DNA of 64,000 nt from the human T2T-CHM13v2.0 reference genome, Homo sapiens (GCF_009914755.1 NC_060944.1); one strand, 5' to 3'; shown: positions 12,597 through 26,068, numbered from the stretch's first letter. Made by a program: numbers and translations. Notes: generated from the letters alone by a model not told the origin.

Positions 12597-15500
12597 TCAA
12601 TAGTTCACAAATGCACTCCTACTTTTCGGAGGTATATTAGGAATGCATATCTTGTTGGTACCTACACAAAGCCTCCTTTGAATTTTAACTTCCAGATTTT
12701 TTCTCTTGCTTATGGTCTGCCACCATGGGTAAAGCACCCCCACATACATCACCACAGAGCCCACATACATCAATTTTTTCATAACCCCCAAAGAGAGCAG
12801 TCAGCCAAATCAGAAAGTTTCAGGGAGATATCAAGATAGAAAAGGCTAGATACCCAGTCTGAGAAGTCAGACAACTCCACAAAACTAATAATAATAATGT
12901 CACCATTCATAGGTATTATTATTCATATGTAGAATATAGAGGAGTCAGGATTTGGAGGCAGGCCTGGGACCTAGGTTCAAATCCTGGCATCACCACCTAC
13001 ATCTGTGTGGCCTCCATAGGGTACTTTGGTAATAATAAATATTCAATGAGGTCATATAAGCTAGTGTTGGCAGAGGCCCAGCCCATAGAAAGCTCACAAC
13101 CAAGAGTGGCTGTCTTTATTGTCACATTGATTTTCAGTCTAAGAAGTTGCAACTCAGAAAACAATAAGTCATCTATGTTGCAAGGCTGTTTGCTCTTCTT
13201 CCATCCAGAAAGTGGCTGTTAGAGAAAGAAACTCACACTGACCATGTGTCTACTCCTTGCTAAACATTTCCCATGTGCAGCCTTGAGTAAGCCTCCAAGT
13301 ATTCCTGAAGTTATTGTGAATATGAAGAAATTGAGGCTCCGAGGCTTAGATTACTTGCCCCAGGACAGATAACCGAGATGAGGCAGAGCGGGGATTAAAA
13401 CCAGGTGGCCCTGATGGGACAAAGGCTCAATGTAAATAGAAGAGTCAGCCCATGTGTCCACATCCAATGAAGTAAACATGGAAAATGCAAGATCACCCAT
13501 TTGACCTTTACCATTAACCTATCTAGGCCTCAGTTTCTTCATCTGTAACACAGGGGCATTGAAACGTAAAACCCAAAGTTTCATGAATGCATGATTTGGG
13601 GTTTAAAACTAAAATAGTATTATTTCAGTGTTCTGATCTGTATGTTTTCATTAAGTATCATTTTAAAATCACATTTTCTAATTTCATGTCTCTGAGAAGT
13701 CTAGATCCCTTATCAACTCATAGTGGTTGAGAATCTCAAAATTATTCAAAAATATCCTTGAGGTGTGGTGTCCCAAATAACCTGGGACATAAACTAGCAT
13801 AGCTGGAGCACTAACTTTCAAAATAAAATTAATCAAGGAATAATAGTCAGCTCTTCTAAAACAAATACATATATAAACATATGCACATGTGCTGTAGCCT
13901 CAGAATACCATTTACTCTAAGAATGTAAGCTATTCTCCTATGCTCAAAATAATGTAAATTTAAGGATTGAGAACTTCAGTGGTAAACTGTCACCTGTATC
14001 TCTATGGTTTAAACAAATAAAGAAAAGAATAAGAAAACATTTGTTACTTTACTTTTAATTGACCTTAACTTTCTTTTTCTCTCTTTCCACCTTGCTTTCT
14101 TGTTTTGAGTTACACTTTGGGCCCACCAAGGAGATTTTTCCACCATGTGAGTTAGCTAGCCGGTGGTTTAATTCTCCATCTGCCAGTGGCTAATATGGTT
14201 TATATGTGGAGGGAAAAGTGGTGAGAGGGAGATTTCAAAAAGGAGGCTTTTCACTTAGCTAAGACATTATGTAATAGAAAAGATATAAAGGAATTATTCA
14301 CTGGCTTGCTGGTTTAAGAATAATTCAAGTCCCTGCACAGAGCTTCAAATTAACTCGTGGAATTATCTTTACCTACAGTCGTGTTTTAGTTGTTTTTCTT
14401 CTATTGAAGTCAAAAGAAAAACACAACCTTCCATTCAGGAAGAAAGAATAAATTGCTGTTCTTGTTTTCTGTATCATTTTTGGCACTGTTTTTTGACAGC
14501 AATTCATGGGAATAACATAGATAGCCTTTTTATGCATGCGCTAGACTCAATATCCCACTATGGGAAAAGGCTCAATTCAAATTTGATCACATTGTGAAAA
14601 TGAAAACTTAGTGTGGGTGAATATAACTCTATAAAAGCTGAATTCTCCCTAGGACTCTGTGTGTGCCCTGCATTAACTCCAAAAGTCAGCAGTATTGTAG
14701 AGTCATTAATCTTAGAGGAAGAAATATAAACCAGGTGGGCAGGCTCCTAACATCAGCTAGACCAGCCCCATGGAAGGATGGTTAATTAGCTGCCCGCAGT
14801 GTCTACAAACACTGTGGGCCATTAACTTTGGCTTCTGTCAAATTCAGTTCCAGAACAAAAAAATGGCTATGTGTGGCATGTCAGGTTTTTTGGCATATTT
14901 GTGTTACCAACTTATAACATTTTAAAGAGAAGAAAATTCTAGATTTCTGAGGACCTGCAGCCATTTATTATGTATGACATCCAGCATGACACCCACATGC
15001 CTCGCTCCTATAAGATTCAACACAGAACATTGTCAAGGGCTCCCACTTTCCCAAGTTAGGACTCGTTGCAACCATTTCCTCCTAAGCTCCTCCTCCTGAG
15101 GGCCGTAACGATTCACTAAATGCCCATCATGGATCAGGTAGTTTACAAGCATGATTTCAAGTGATTGTTATAAAGACCCTGTGAAGAGGGGCCCATCATC
15201 CTGTTTGTATTGCATATGAGGAAACTGAAGCAGAGAACATCACGCAAATTGCCCAAGCTCACAGTTAGTAAGCTTAGGCAGCCAGATGGCCAGACTGTCT
15301 TCCCCTCAATGGAAACAATTTTAACAAGCAATTAATTTAAGAACATGTTGGAATTAACTCACAAACTTACATAAGAAAAGACAACTGTATTTGGCCTTTA
15401 TTTCATTAAAATCTGAACTCGGCCATCCAAAACTACCTCGTGGAACACACAAATGCTGCACCCAGTGATCATGATACTCTCTCCAAACCAACACCCGTTG

Positions 15501-15900
15501 GTCTGGGTGACTGTGCACACAGCCAGCTGGACTGTTTTGACTGAATCGACCCAACACTTAAGCTTATTTTTTAATACATTAAATTTAATCTAATAAATAA
15601 TTAGGGGAAAAAGGAGACGTTCAACTCTGTTTGATTCAATGAATTAGCTCTTGAACTAACCTAAACGGTTGTTTGAATTGTTTGACAAGTTCCTTTGTGT
15701 GGTGAGTGTGTCTGTGTGTTTTCGTACAACTTGCCTGTCAATGCAGTCAAAACTGTGTGCAACATAGACACAGCTTGCAAAGTGTTCTGAGAACTGATTA
15801 CTGTCAGATTTTTTTAATCCATTGAGTCCCAGAGGTGCCATGTAAATAGAAATTTTAATTTTATTTATTCATAGACTACATTTTTTTCCCTTTGTGCCGG

Positions 15901-16045
15901 AGGATGTACCAAAGCTTCCCAGGAGGATCTTTGTTAATTTAGAGCATTTCTGTCTCTGCCCTAGCATGGAAGGTTCTATCGTGTATCTGTCCCAGATCAC
16001 AGGACTTGAAGTACTTTTGCAACTTACAATATCATGAAAAATAAA
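15901..16045 (+). pseudogene. Degenerate local duplicate of the exon-8 acceptor and first ~38 exonic nt (pseudo-exon / possible alternative last exon)
   Basis: agcttcccaggagga..gagcatttct..ctgccctAG|catggaaggttctatcgtgtatctgtcccagatcacag versus the true ..ctgccctAG|catggaaggttccatcgtgcatctgccccagatcatag. In-frame TGA at 16035-16037; AATAAA at 16040-16045. Confidence 0.85.
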
Positions 16046-16077
16046 ACAGTTAGGGCTAAAACAAAAGAGTTCATCTA

Positions 16078-16255
16078 CAGCAGTGGCCCTCTATGTGTGG
16101 TCCGCAACCATTGGTGGCAGCATCTCCTGGGAGCTTGGCAAAAATGCACGTTCTCAGCCCACCCAATACCGACTGAATCAGAAACTCTGGGGTAGGAGTC
16201 TAGCAATCTGTGTTTTAACAAATCCTTCAGAGGATTCTGATGTTCACTCAACTTT
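16078..16255. mobile_element. MER5A-type element
   Basis: cagcagtggccctc..gcagcatctcctgggagcttg..actgaatcagaaactctggggtagg..aatctgtgttttaacaa. Confidence 0.8.
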
Positions 16256-16853
16256 CTGTTCCTCTGTCTAAAGGAACAGAAAGAGGAGACACCTCGGTCT
16301 TTGACTTGAAGTGGGTATTGAACAAGAGGTCTCAAAGACTTCCTATTTTACTTTAATTAACACTATGATGTCTTAAATAAAGTTCTGTGTCTTTTTAATT
16401 CCCTCTTTTAATCTATGGCAATTCAAGCACCAAATTTAAGTCAAACAGACCTGGCCAAAAAGGCAATGCCAGGCTGATAAAGGGAATGACTATAGGGTAA
16501 TTTAATCAATTCTAGCAGAATATCTAGAATCCAGAATGGTCAGTCTAGTTACACCAGTTGGCTTTACAAATAAATTGGATCAATAATGCAGTGAGCTGAT
16601 TGTTTGCTTGAGAATTAGCTGAAACCAAAAGCACTTAAATCCATTGAATGTAAATTATTTTATCCAAGTAGCATAGAAATGCCCAAGTGGCCTTACAAGA
16701 TTGAAAGGGTTGTCTCAGCCAAATAAAACATGCCTTCAGAACAAAGGAATGGCGTGTGTCAGGGAAGACTGTCTAGGATGTATTGATGGGGAAACTGACA
16801 GAGCTTCCCAGGAGGGTATTTGTTAGTTATGAGCATTTCTCCTTCTGCCCTAG

Positions 16854-17073
16854 CATGGAAGGTTCCATCGTGCATCTGCCCCAGATCATAGCTCTAAAGA
16901 AGAAATACAAGGCTTACCTCTACATAGATGAAGCTCACAGTATTGGGGCCGTGGGCCCAACCGGCCGGGGTGTCACGGAGTTCTTTGGACTAGACCCTCA
17001 TGAAGTTGATGTGCTCATGGGCACATTCACCAAAAGTTTTGGAGCTTCAGGAGGTTACATAGCTGGAAGGAAG
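16854..17073 (+). CDS. SPTLC3: SPTLC3 coding exon (exon 8, 220 nt; phase 2 to 0) with the PLP-binding motif
   Basis: Encodes (S)[77 protein letters not shown] and GTFTKSFG are alpha-oxoamine synthase motifs; the Schiff-base Lys codon is at 17032-17034. Acceptor ttctgccctAG|C, donor AAG|GTAAGA. Confidence 0.98.
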
Positions 17074-19028
17074 GTAAGAGAGGGCCTGCTTGTGTCTGTT
17101 TAAAACCTGAGCGCCCTGGGGATGCCGTGTGTAGGGCTTCTCTGAATTTCATGAAAGCTTCAATTCAGTTCACCACACCTCAGCTGATCACTCCAGCCTG
17201 GCTACAGTGGGTTCACAGCCAGATAAGGCCCAGAATATCGAGGAGCTCTCCCTCGAATAGTGAAGAGGAGCATGTGATGAGTGATCACACTATAATGAAA
17301 TGGCAACACTGGCCGTGTACATAAGATGCAAAGTACCAGGCAGAGGAATAATTAACTCTGTTAAGTAGTATCTAGGACATGGTTTAGAATGAATATCCAT
17401 CTGGTAGACAAATAATGGGGGGCCATATTTAACACACAGAGAGAATAATGTATACCAAGCCAGAAGTGATAAGGGATGTTCTGAAAACTATAAGCATTAA
17501 AAAACACAAAGAAGATAATAGCAACAGTAGGCAATGTTAGTTATTAGGGAGGCTGACCCTATGCTACAAGTTGTGGGTTTTAAGAGTTTTAATCAAAACG
17601 GTGGCAGGAATGTACTTTTAAGAAATATTCTCTGCAAAAAAAATTCTTTCCATAATGTTGCATACACCATAGGTCAAATCCTGCCATTCTCCAATATCTT
17701 ATCAATATGCCTTAAAAATTCTGATCTGCTGGGATTAGACTGTTAAGTGAGTGTTGGCCCTGTCATTCTAGTGCCAATATCACCAAGAGGTTTGTGAAAA
17801 AAAAAAAAAAAAAAAAAAAACAATAAATATTTGAGAGAAATTTAAAAGGAGGGAAAGGAAAGGGACAAAGAAAATCCAATATTCAAACCTGGGTTTGAGA
17901 GATAAAGGAGCCAGTTATCTGAACAATGAGAGGATAGCCTTGTCCAAATTCTGACACCTATCTCAGACAAACCTACACCTGTCCCAAAGAGCAGGTGTGA
18001 CAGTGATGTTGGCTCAGCCTAGGATGCCACACCAGGCCCAAAACCAGTGCATGCAAGTGGTATCAACAAAAATCCCCACTTTCTTACCTATTGTGATGAA
18101 CAGGAACAAGAGTTCAGACTTCTGGTAAACCAGTTAGACAAACCAAGAAGTGCAGCAGAAAACAGTCCTCTCATTGAAAGCTCATGATTTAAAACAACAG
18201 ATTTAATTCTGGCCACTGGCCCTGCCATGAAATGCACAGATGCTTAAAATGTTCAGAGTTTTAAGTGGCCTTTACCCTTCAATAAGCACTGCTTTCTTTC
18301 GGGCTCAAAGCATTGTTTTTCATCCCCTCTTCACTGGCCTGTGGGAATCAGCTGGGTAATGCTAAAACCATTGGGAAAGCCCAGGATCTTACAAAATTCA
18401 GCTAAATCTGGTGAAAGGTTAAATGTTTCCTCCCTAGACTGTCGAAGCAGTAGGAGCAGAGGGTCTCAAATTTAGGAGCTCCCTGATCCTGGCTACATTG
18501 CTCTGTGAGCTTGTGGTTTTGTGATTACTTTAGCAGCAGTTCTGAACTACAAAATTTTTAACGAAGCATAACTCTACTTCCTGAACCAAAGGCACCTGAA
18601 TAAACCGAAGCAAGCCAATTCTTGAAATGTTGTCAAATTTGGTGGATGTCACATTTTTCCCCCTAGAGTAGCTTCATTTGATACCCACTTTAAACAAAGG
18701 CTCGCGACTAGCAGAAGTAAACACCAGTTCACCATGATTCTCTCTCATGCTCTCCATTCTGATGTCAGCTAGAGTATTTTTAAGATGTAGGCGTTCTTGT
18801 CCACACAATTTCTATTCATTTGGCATAGATACTGAGCAATTGTGAAAATTACCATTATTTACATTAATCGGGATGCAGAAAAAGTATGTACATCTGTTCA
18901 TTTTCTTATCTCTTAAAATGCTCATTTTATGCATATTTGGATACAGAGGGTCGCATTGTTCATTCCCTCTCCTCTCCCTCCTTTTTCCTCCCCACCTTTC
19001 TCTGTCTTCTCTTCCCTTCATGTTACAC

Positions 19029-19060
19029 CGCAGTGTCTAAATTTACCACTAGATGGCAGC
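19029..19060 (+). promoter_or_regulatory. CTCF motif (forward) with a likely upstream module
   Basis: Core CCACTAGATGGCAGC at 19046-19060, preceded by CGCAGTGTC (19029-19037), which resembles the TGCAG upstream module. Confidence 0.7.
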
Positions 19061-19569
19061 AAGAATTAGAGCGTGTCTGGCAGAGATTCGTTAGCCTACG
19101 CTGAGATCTGCCCTAAAACAGCAAGATGCAAAACCTTGAAAACATAGGAGCTGTTTCCAAGACCTGGGCGGTGAGCAGGAGGGCATTTGAGAAAATGCCT
19201 GTATCCCTGATGACTTAAAAATCAGTCAGATACACACCTGTGTGGAATGATTTTGGTCAGACTGTGATAAACCTGGGTAAACTGGCTTCCTTTCGGCTTA
19301 ATGAGCCCATGATTTGATGGAACTTATGTATCTGTTCCTTTGTACCTTTAATTCTTTTTAATTATGTTAAGTTTCATTATGTATAATTTCAAGTCAAACA
19401 TATATTTTATTCCTATGAACTTCAGATAATTTTGTGAAGAATTTTTACTTTGAGTCTGTTTAAATTAGGATTCGGCAAATACTAAAGATTTTTGTTTGAA
19501 AAAACTACTTCTACTAGTATGTTTAAATAATTAAGAGTAGAGTTTTCAAACTCTGATAACTGTACTGTA

Positions 19570-19608
19570 AGACAGATAGATAGGTAGATAGATAGTTGAT
19601 AGACAGAT
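19570..19608 (+). repeat. Imperfect (TAGA)n microsatellite
   Basis: agacagatagataggtagatagatagttgatagacagat. Confidence 0.8.
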
Positions 19609-20485
19609 GAATAATCTCCCAGATACTTCCCGTATATCTCAAATTCGGGGATTATTGCAAAATAGCTAGGATTCCAAACCAATGTATACAAAAGCAACAA
19701 AATTGAACATAAAAAAAGTTAAAGTACACACATTCAGACTTGCTGTTTTTCTGAAACTGTGTATAATTTCAATTTCACTGTTCTCATAGGGTTCTCAGTA
19801 AACCCTGAAATTTGAAAATAATCAGTTAGCTCCAAAAATCTAGAAAAAAGAGATAAAAACATCTGGCTCTTAACTCTCTTTTTAAGTGATGTTAATATTG
19901 GTATAGAGGGGCTGCATTCCCAGTAACAGTGTCTAGGAGGTTCTGGAAATCTTTATGGAATGGGTCAAGGTCAGAGTTTTATATATTAGCAACCAGATGA
20001 GACATGTAATGAAACACATTTGAAAACAAGGAGAAAAAAATGGTTTAGTATGACGATACTACTAGAGGAAACAGAGGTTTTGTTTTTATCTCAGAGCCTT
20101 TTCCTCACAAAGTGTCCTACAAATTCCCCTCTGCTAATTGGAAGTTGCTGCCAGGCTGTGATCCCCACTTTCCACCTCAAGGAAACTGCTAACAGTCTGT
20201 CCAGAGCCAGCAGAGTTTTGCTGTTTTGCTCACTTTGGGTTTGGAGCCGCTATAGATGCACAGTGAACAGCCTAACATGGAGGAGTCTGTCCTTTCAAGA
20301 CCTTCCTGATGAAATTCCAGATCACTACTTCTCTCCACCTGTCAGAGCTCCGTGCCATGAATGGCTTCTTTGAAGGAAAGCCTAAGCTGATGGGACTAGG
20401 TTTCTTATTTTTATTCTTTCACATTTGTATTGATCCTGTTGCTGGGAAATGTGGTCAATGCCGAAGACCCCAAACTTTTCCCCAG

Positions 20486-20656
20486 GCAAGGATCTTGAGT
20501 CCACCTGCATGCCTGGTGCCGAACACTGGCTCCCACAGCCTCCACAGGCTGACCAGAGACTTGCAAATGAATGAAGCGATGGTAGCCCTTGTAACTGATA
20601 GGTTGCAGGGCTGGAATTCTGGAGAAGGGAACTGGGACAGGGCAGACAAATTTGGG
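20486..20656 (+). other. Candidate in-frame cassette exon in SPTLC3 intron 8 (171 nt, 57 codons)
   Basis: Acceptor cttttccccAG|GCA, donor GGG|GTGAGC. Phase 0-0 and stop-free (lies within ORF 20309..20734). Confidence 0.4.
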
Positions 20657-22399
20657 GTGAGCATTAGCCCCAGAAGCCTGCATGCCAGCCAAAGCCAGGT
20701 CACTCTAAAAAGTGAGCTCTGCCCTGCACGCTAGGCCCTGGCTGTATTTAACATCCCTTTGAAGTAAGCAGGGGTCAGGGAGTGAGCTCTAAGATGTTTA
20801 TTCTAAGAGTCTCCTGTCTGATTTCCTCCCAAAAGGCCACCCTTGCCCTTGAACTTCAGGCCTGTGTGTAGAGAAAACAATCAGGGTTTTGAACTTCCAA
20901 ATGGACGTGGAAACCTCGATACGAGGAGACCTCTAACCCATCCTGAAGAAGACACGACCCAGACTCGCCTTGCAAAAGACCAAAGCCACCTCTTAACTCA
21001 TGGCTCATAGCACCCAATGGGGGAACGAGAGGGGGAATCAGTAGCCAGGAATCAAGGCTCTCCCTGACACTCTCCAGAAGTTACTCAAAGAGCTCCATTT
21101 TTTGAACCACACAAGCAAATAAACTTCCATCCAGAAACTCAGACCCTGAGAGAAAGCAAACTCAGTCCAAAAAAAATAAAATTTTGGGCAAGATAGTCTT
21201 AACATTAAAAAGAACCAGTGCTGCACCGATGAGGTATTTATTCAAACTAAGAAGGCTCATGACCTTGACTTTAAAAAATGTCTCAATCTGTGAATTAGGG
21301 TTGGGGACATTGGGAAGAGCCCTTTTCAAGATCAAAGGAAGTTTTGTTTTACTTCCTTGTCTGATCTTTGTCAGTGATGGCCCCCAAGCTAAGAGACAAT
21401 TGCTACACTTGTCCCTGAGAATGCAGTTGAGTAATACCCTATATGCTTTGAGGCCCCTGGCCACCTTTCCTCCATCTCTAAAACCCGTCTGTTTTCCATT
21501 AGACGGTCAATATTTAGCAGGCCACCACTAGGTATCCACCACTATGGATTTTAAAAGAAGTGTAAAGCTCCATCCCTGCTCTCAAGGAAGTTTCAGTCCC
21601 TTTTGGAGAAACAAGAGAGATAGACATGAAACATTTGGAGACCAATGTGACTCAATCTGTGACTTAGTACCATATAGATGAGTAGATCAGGAACTCCCCA
21701 CCTGCTCCAAAAAGAGGAACAGTCTCTGGGTTAGGGAAAGTACCGCAGGGTAAGGAGAGTGGAATTGGGGTCTGTGTTCTCCTGGACCCCCTAACACCAC
21801 ACCAAGCTTACTCTTCTGGGGAGAAGTCTGGAGAAGTCGAGTGTGGCCTAAGGGTGGGGCTCTACAGCCAGCTTCTTTAGGTCCAAATCCTTGTTCTACC
21901 ACCTTTTGGGAATAATTGTGTAAACTTTTCTGTGATTCAGTTGTTCTGTCTATAAAATGGGAATTAAAACAGTACCTACCTTAAAGAGTTATTGTGAAAT
22001 TTAAATGTATTAATGCATACAAAGTTCTTAAAATGGAACCTCAGGCCACCAGGGAATATCAGCTATGCTGTTAGCTTCTAGCCTTATTATCTCTTCAGGG
22101 TCATTCAACCTGTCATCAAGCCTGGGTACTCCCTTATTGAAAATGTCTCTCTTTTCCTTTCTTTTCACTCCTACTGCCACCCCTCCCCATAAGGATGGAG
22201 GAAGAGTTAGGCTGAAAATCCTTGGTTTGATGTATGGGTCTACCAATGCGTAGTCACACAACCTTAGAATGTAACCCTGTGCAAAATGAGAGAGTTGAAA
22301 CAGAGACACTCCAAGAAGCTTTTATATTTTGGTCCCTTCCTCCCGCCCCATGCTCCCAGTTCTAAGAATCTTTCAATTGGCCATTGATTAACAATACTC

Positions 22400-22693
<294 letters not shown>

Positions 22694-23644
22694 GTCACCA
22701 ACTGCATCAGGTATTCACTGTTTCACTGTGTACCAGATGCTTTTCTAAGCATCCCATATATGTATTCACCCATTTCATCCTCATAAACTCCGAGGTAAGT
22801 ATTACTATGATCTAATTTTTCAGAGAAGCCAACTAAGGCACAGAGAGATTTAGTAACTGGCCCATGGTCACACGGCAGTAAGTGGCAAAGCCAGGATTTG
22901 AATCTAAGCTATTGGGCATCAGAGGCTGCACTGTAACTCCTGCGTTATATTCCCTCCAAGGGGACAGTTCCTCATCCCCTTGTCTCAGAAGCACTGGCTT
23001 CTCCCTCTCTTCCCAATTGACACCTCCATTCTATGCCCATAAGATGTCATCCTTATTCCTAATTTTAGGACAGGCCCATGCCTTTTTGCTCCTCTGCATC
23101 TATCCAAATCTCCCCATCCCTCATGGCCAGATCACACCCTTGAAACACCTTGTTCCTGACACAGGTCCACGTAAGCCTCCATCATCCAATTCCCAGGACC
23201 CACCCACCCACTCCTCATTGGCTTCCCCAGCATCCTGTAGGGAGATATTCACTCTCAATAGAGAAAGGCAATCCCTGCTGCTGCTCCTCAGGAGCACGGA
23301 ACATGCCACTGTGAAGGACAGCCCTGGCTGTGGCTACTCTGGCAAATGACTGCTGCTGTCTCTTTGAGGCGCCTCAGATACTCCAAAGTGAACTTTCCGG
23401 ATACCCTGTGGCTGATGAATTCAGTCAGGCCAGCATCATGCACATACTCTTCAGATATGGGGAAAACCCACCCAGCTTTTTTCATGAGGCTCACCAAATA
23501 AAAGAATCATCAGAAACTTAATTTCATTTATATAAATGGATAATGGATGCCAGGGACTAGCCTTATGGTCCCTTTCTATCCTCCCTCCCCTCCTGGACTC
23601 CCACACATGTCTAGGACAGAGAAGGTTATTGGTATATACTTGCT

Positions 23645-23940
23645 GGAAGGAAAGATGGAAGGGGGGAGGGGGAGAAGAAAAGAGGAAAGAAGGAAGGAAG
23701 GGAGGAAGGGAAGAAGGGAGGGAGGAAGGAAGGAAGGAAATACTTTGAAATACAGAGAAGAAACAGATTTAAATAAAGAATTTGAAATGAAAAGAGAGAG
23801 AACTAGAGTAGAAGGGAAGGGGAAGGAAGGAAGCTAGAAGGAAAGGAAGAAACAAAAAAACAAAGGGAATAGTTTGAAGTGAAGGAGAAGATGGAAAAAG
23901 GAAGTCATAGAAGAAGGACGGGTGAAAGGGGGGGATTCAG
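23645..23940 (+). repeat. Polypurine (GGAA/GA-rich) low-complexity tract
   Basis: ggaaggaaagatggaaggggggagggggagaagaaaagaggaaagaaggaaggaagggaggaaggg... Confidence 0.85.
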
Positions 23941-24804
23941 AATGAAAGACATATTGAAGACAGCAGGAAGAACAGAACACATCCCTTGGTTCCCCTCATG
24001 GACCAGGCAGAGTCATCACATCATTAATCTAACCTTCACCGACCACTGTAAGGCAGGCCACACACTGTGCTGAGGAAGAGAAACTGTGAATGTTGAAAAT
24101 GCTTGTGAGCAACAATGCCCACACATACCTAAGAGAGATAGAAAAGTGATGGGCAGGGACCAGGCCCAGGCTCGGAAGTGGGAATGAATGTGACTAATGA
24201 AGGAGGGTGAGGAGGACATGAACCTACCCCAAAGCAGAGGATCTCGATTCCCAAGAGCTCTTTCCAAATCACCTTCATGAGGAAGGAAGACATAGCGAAG
24301 ACACCTGCCTAAGTGGGATTCTGAGCTGTGCCGTTATTCTAAAGAGAAGGCATCTGATCCTTTAAAGACCCCACTGCTAATGCAGAGGCCTGTCATCAGC
24401 CCATTAGCTTTTCTGCAGGACACTTGGAGAGTCCCAGGCCATGAGACACTGTATAGGTGGGCTGATGGAGGGTCTCTGCCACCCAACTGAGCACCTGCAG
24501 ATGCCAGCTCTGAGGCCCTCACCACTGCGGCATTAGATTACTGGAGCTTCTTAGGGCTTTCAGCAAGCTTACTTGGGACCTTATATTTGGCCTCAGGAGT
24601 CAGGCATACAGGTGAAAAATGGCTCCTACCACTGAAAACCAGCATTCTGGAGTGGCTCAGCATTCCAAAGAGTGTTACACAAAACACAAAATTCCAATAG
24701 TTCTCTGCTGCCAAAGGCATAACCAGAGTTTATCTGGTCCTAATATTCTGGTTTAATTTCCCACAAGCCTCTACTCAAACTGTCCTTTGCTGTCCTCCAA
24801 ACAT

Positions 24805-25252
24805 GCTGCCTCCATTCGTTTTTGCTGTGTAACAAACCACCCCCAAATTTGGTGTCTAAAAACACCACCATTTATTTAGCTTAAAACTCTGCCCATCAAC
24901 AATGTGGGCTGGGCTCAGCTAAGGAGTTCTTTTGGTCTCATCTGGGCTTGCTTCTGTACAACAGTCCATTGTTGAGTCAGCAGGGCACTGCTTGGCCTGG
25001 GGTAGCTTCAGCTGGAATGGTCCTTCTCTGTTCCACATGGTTGTCATCCTCCAGCAAGCTAGCTCAGGCTTATTCACATAGCAGCTGGAGAGAGTTCTGA
25101 GAGGACAAAAGCACTCAAGGCATTTTGAGGCATAGACCCAGAACCACCACACCATCACCTCTGCCATATATTACTGAACAAAGAAAATCACAAGGCCAGC
25201 CCAGATTAATCCGCCTTTTGATGGAAGCAACTGCGAAGTTGGATTGCAAAGA
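24805..25252 (-). mobile_element. MLT1-type (MaLR) LTR
   Basis: tgctgtgtaacaaaccacccccaaatttggtgtctaaaaacaccaccatttatttagct..tcacaaggccagcccagatt. Confidence 0.8.
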
Positions 25253-25941
25253 TGCATGGGTACAGACAGTGAGAGAATTACAGCTATTTTTGTAAACACT
25301 GCTATACATGCCTTCTGCTTTCTTGCTTCTGTTCCTTTGTTCAACTTCTCTCTTCTGCCACCCTCCCTCCACGTTTTCTTTTCCCCCTTAATTATCTTCA
25401 TTCTTCAAGGCCTAATCATATCTCCTCATTGGAACCTTCTCTAACTACTTCAGCTAGAAGGACCCTCTCTCTTTCCTCTGCATCTTGCAGGCCTGTTGCA
25501 TGTCCTAGTTTGCATGGACTGTGACTTATTCTACCATGCTTGTTCATGGGCACAATCATATGTAATATTCTCAAGGGCAAGGACCACATCCTGTATTCTT
25601 TGGGCACTGAACACAAAGTCAGTGCTCACACATAGTAGGTACTCAACAAATGCTTCAGGAATCATTTTTTCTTCACACATCTGGTTTTGCCTTAAAGTTC
25701 AACTCCAAACCTGCAGCATCCTGCTTTGCTGTAGATTCTAGGTTTTTGAGGGAGAGACTATGAAGGAAATAGAAAAAATAAATAGTTTGATGAAAACCAT
25801 TGAAAGTTGGACCCCATTCATCTTTTGAGCATGAGATCAAATGTCTTTTGCTATGAGGATAGGGATGGGACTAGATGTAATTCCCACCACCAGTGTTGAG
25901 ATTTATTTGCCTTCTTTTTGGGTTTCCCCTCTTTATTTAAG

Positions 25942-26068
25942 GACCTCGTGGATTATTTACGGGTTCACTCGCATAGTGCTGTTTATGCTTCATCCATGAG
26001 CCCACCGATAGCAGAGCAAATCATCAGATCACTAAAACTTATCATGGGACTGGATGGGACCACTCAAG
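25942..26068 (+). CDS. SPTLC3: SPTLC3 coding exon (exon 9, 127 nt; phase 0 to 1)
   Basis: Encodes [42 protein letters not shown](G). Acceptor ctttatttaAG|, donor AAG|GTAAGA. Frame continues from the previous exon. Confidence 0.97.
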
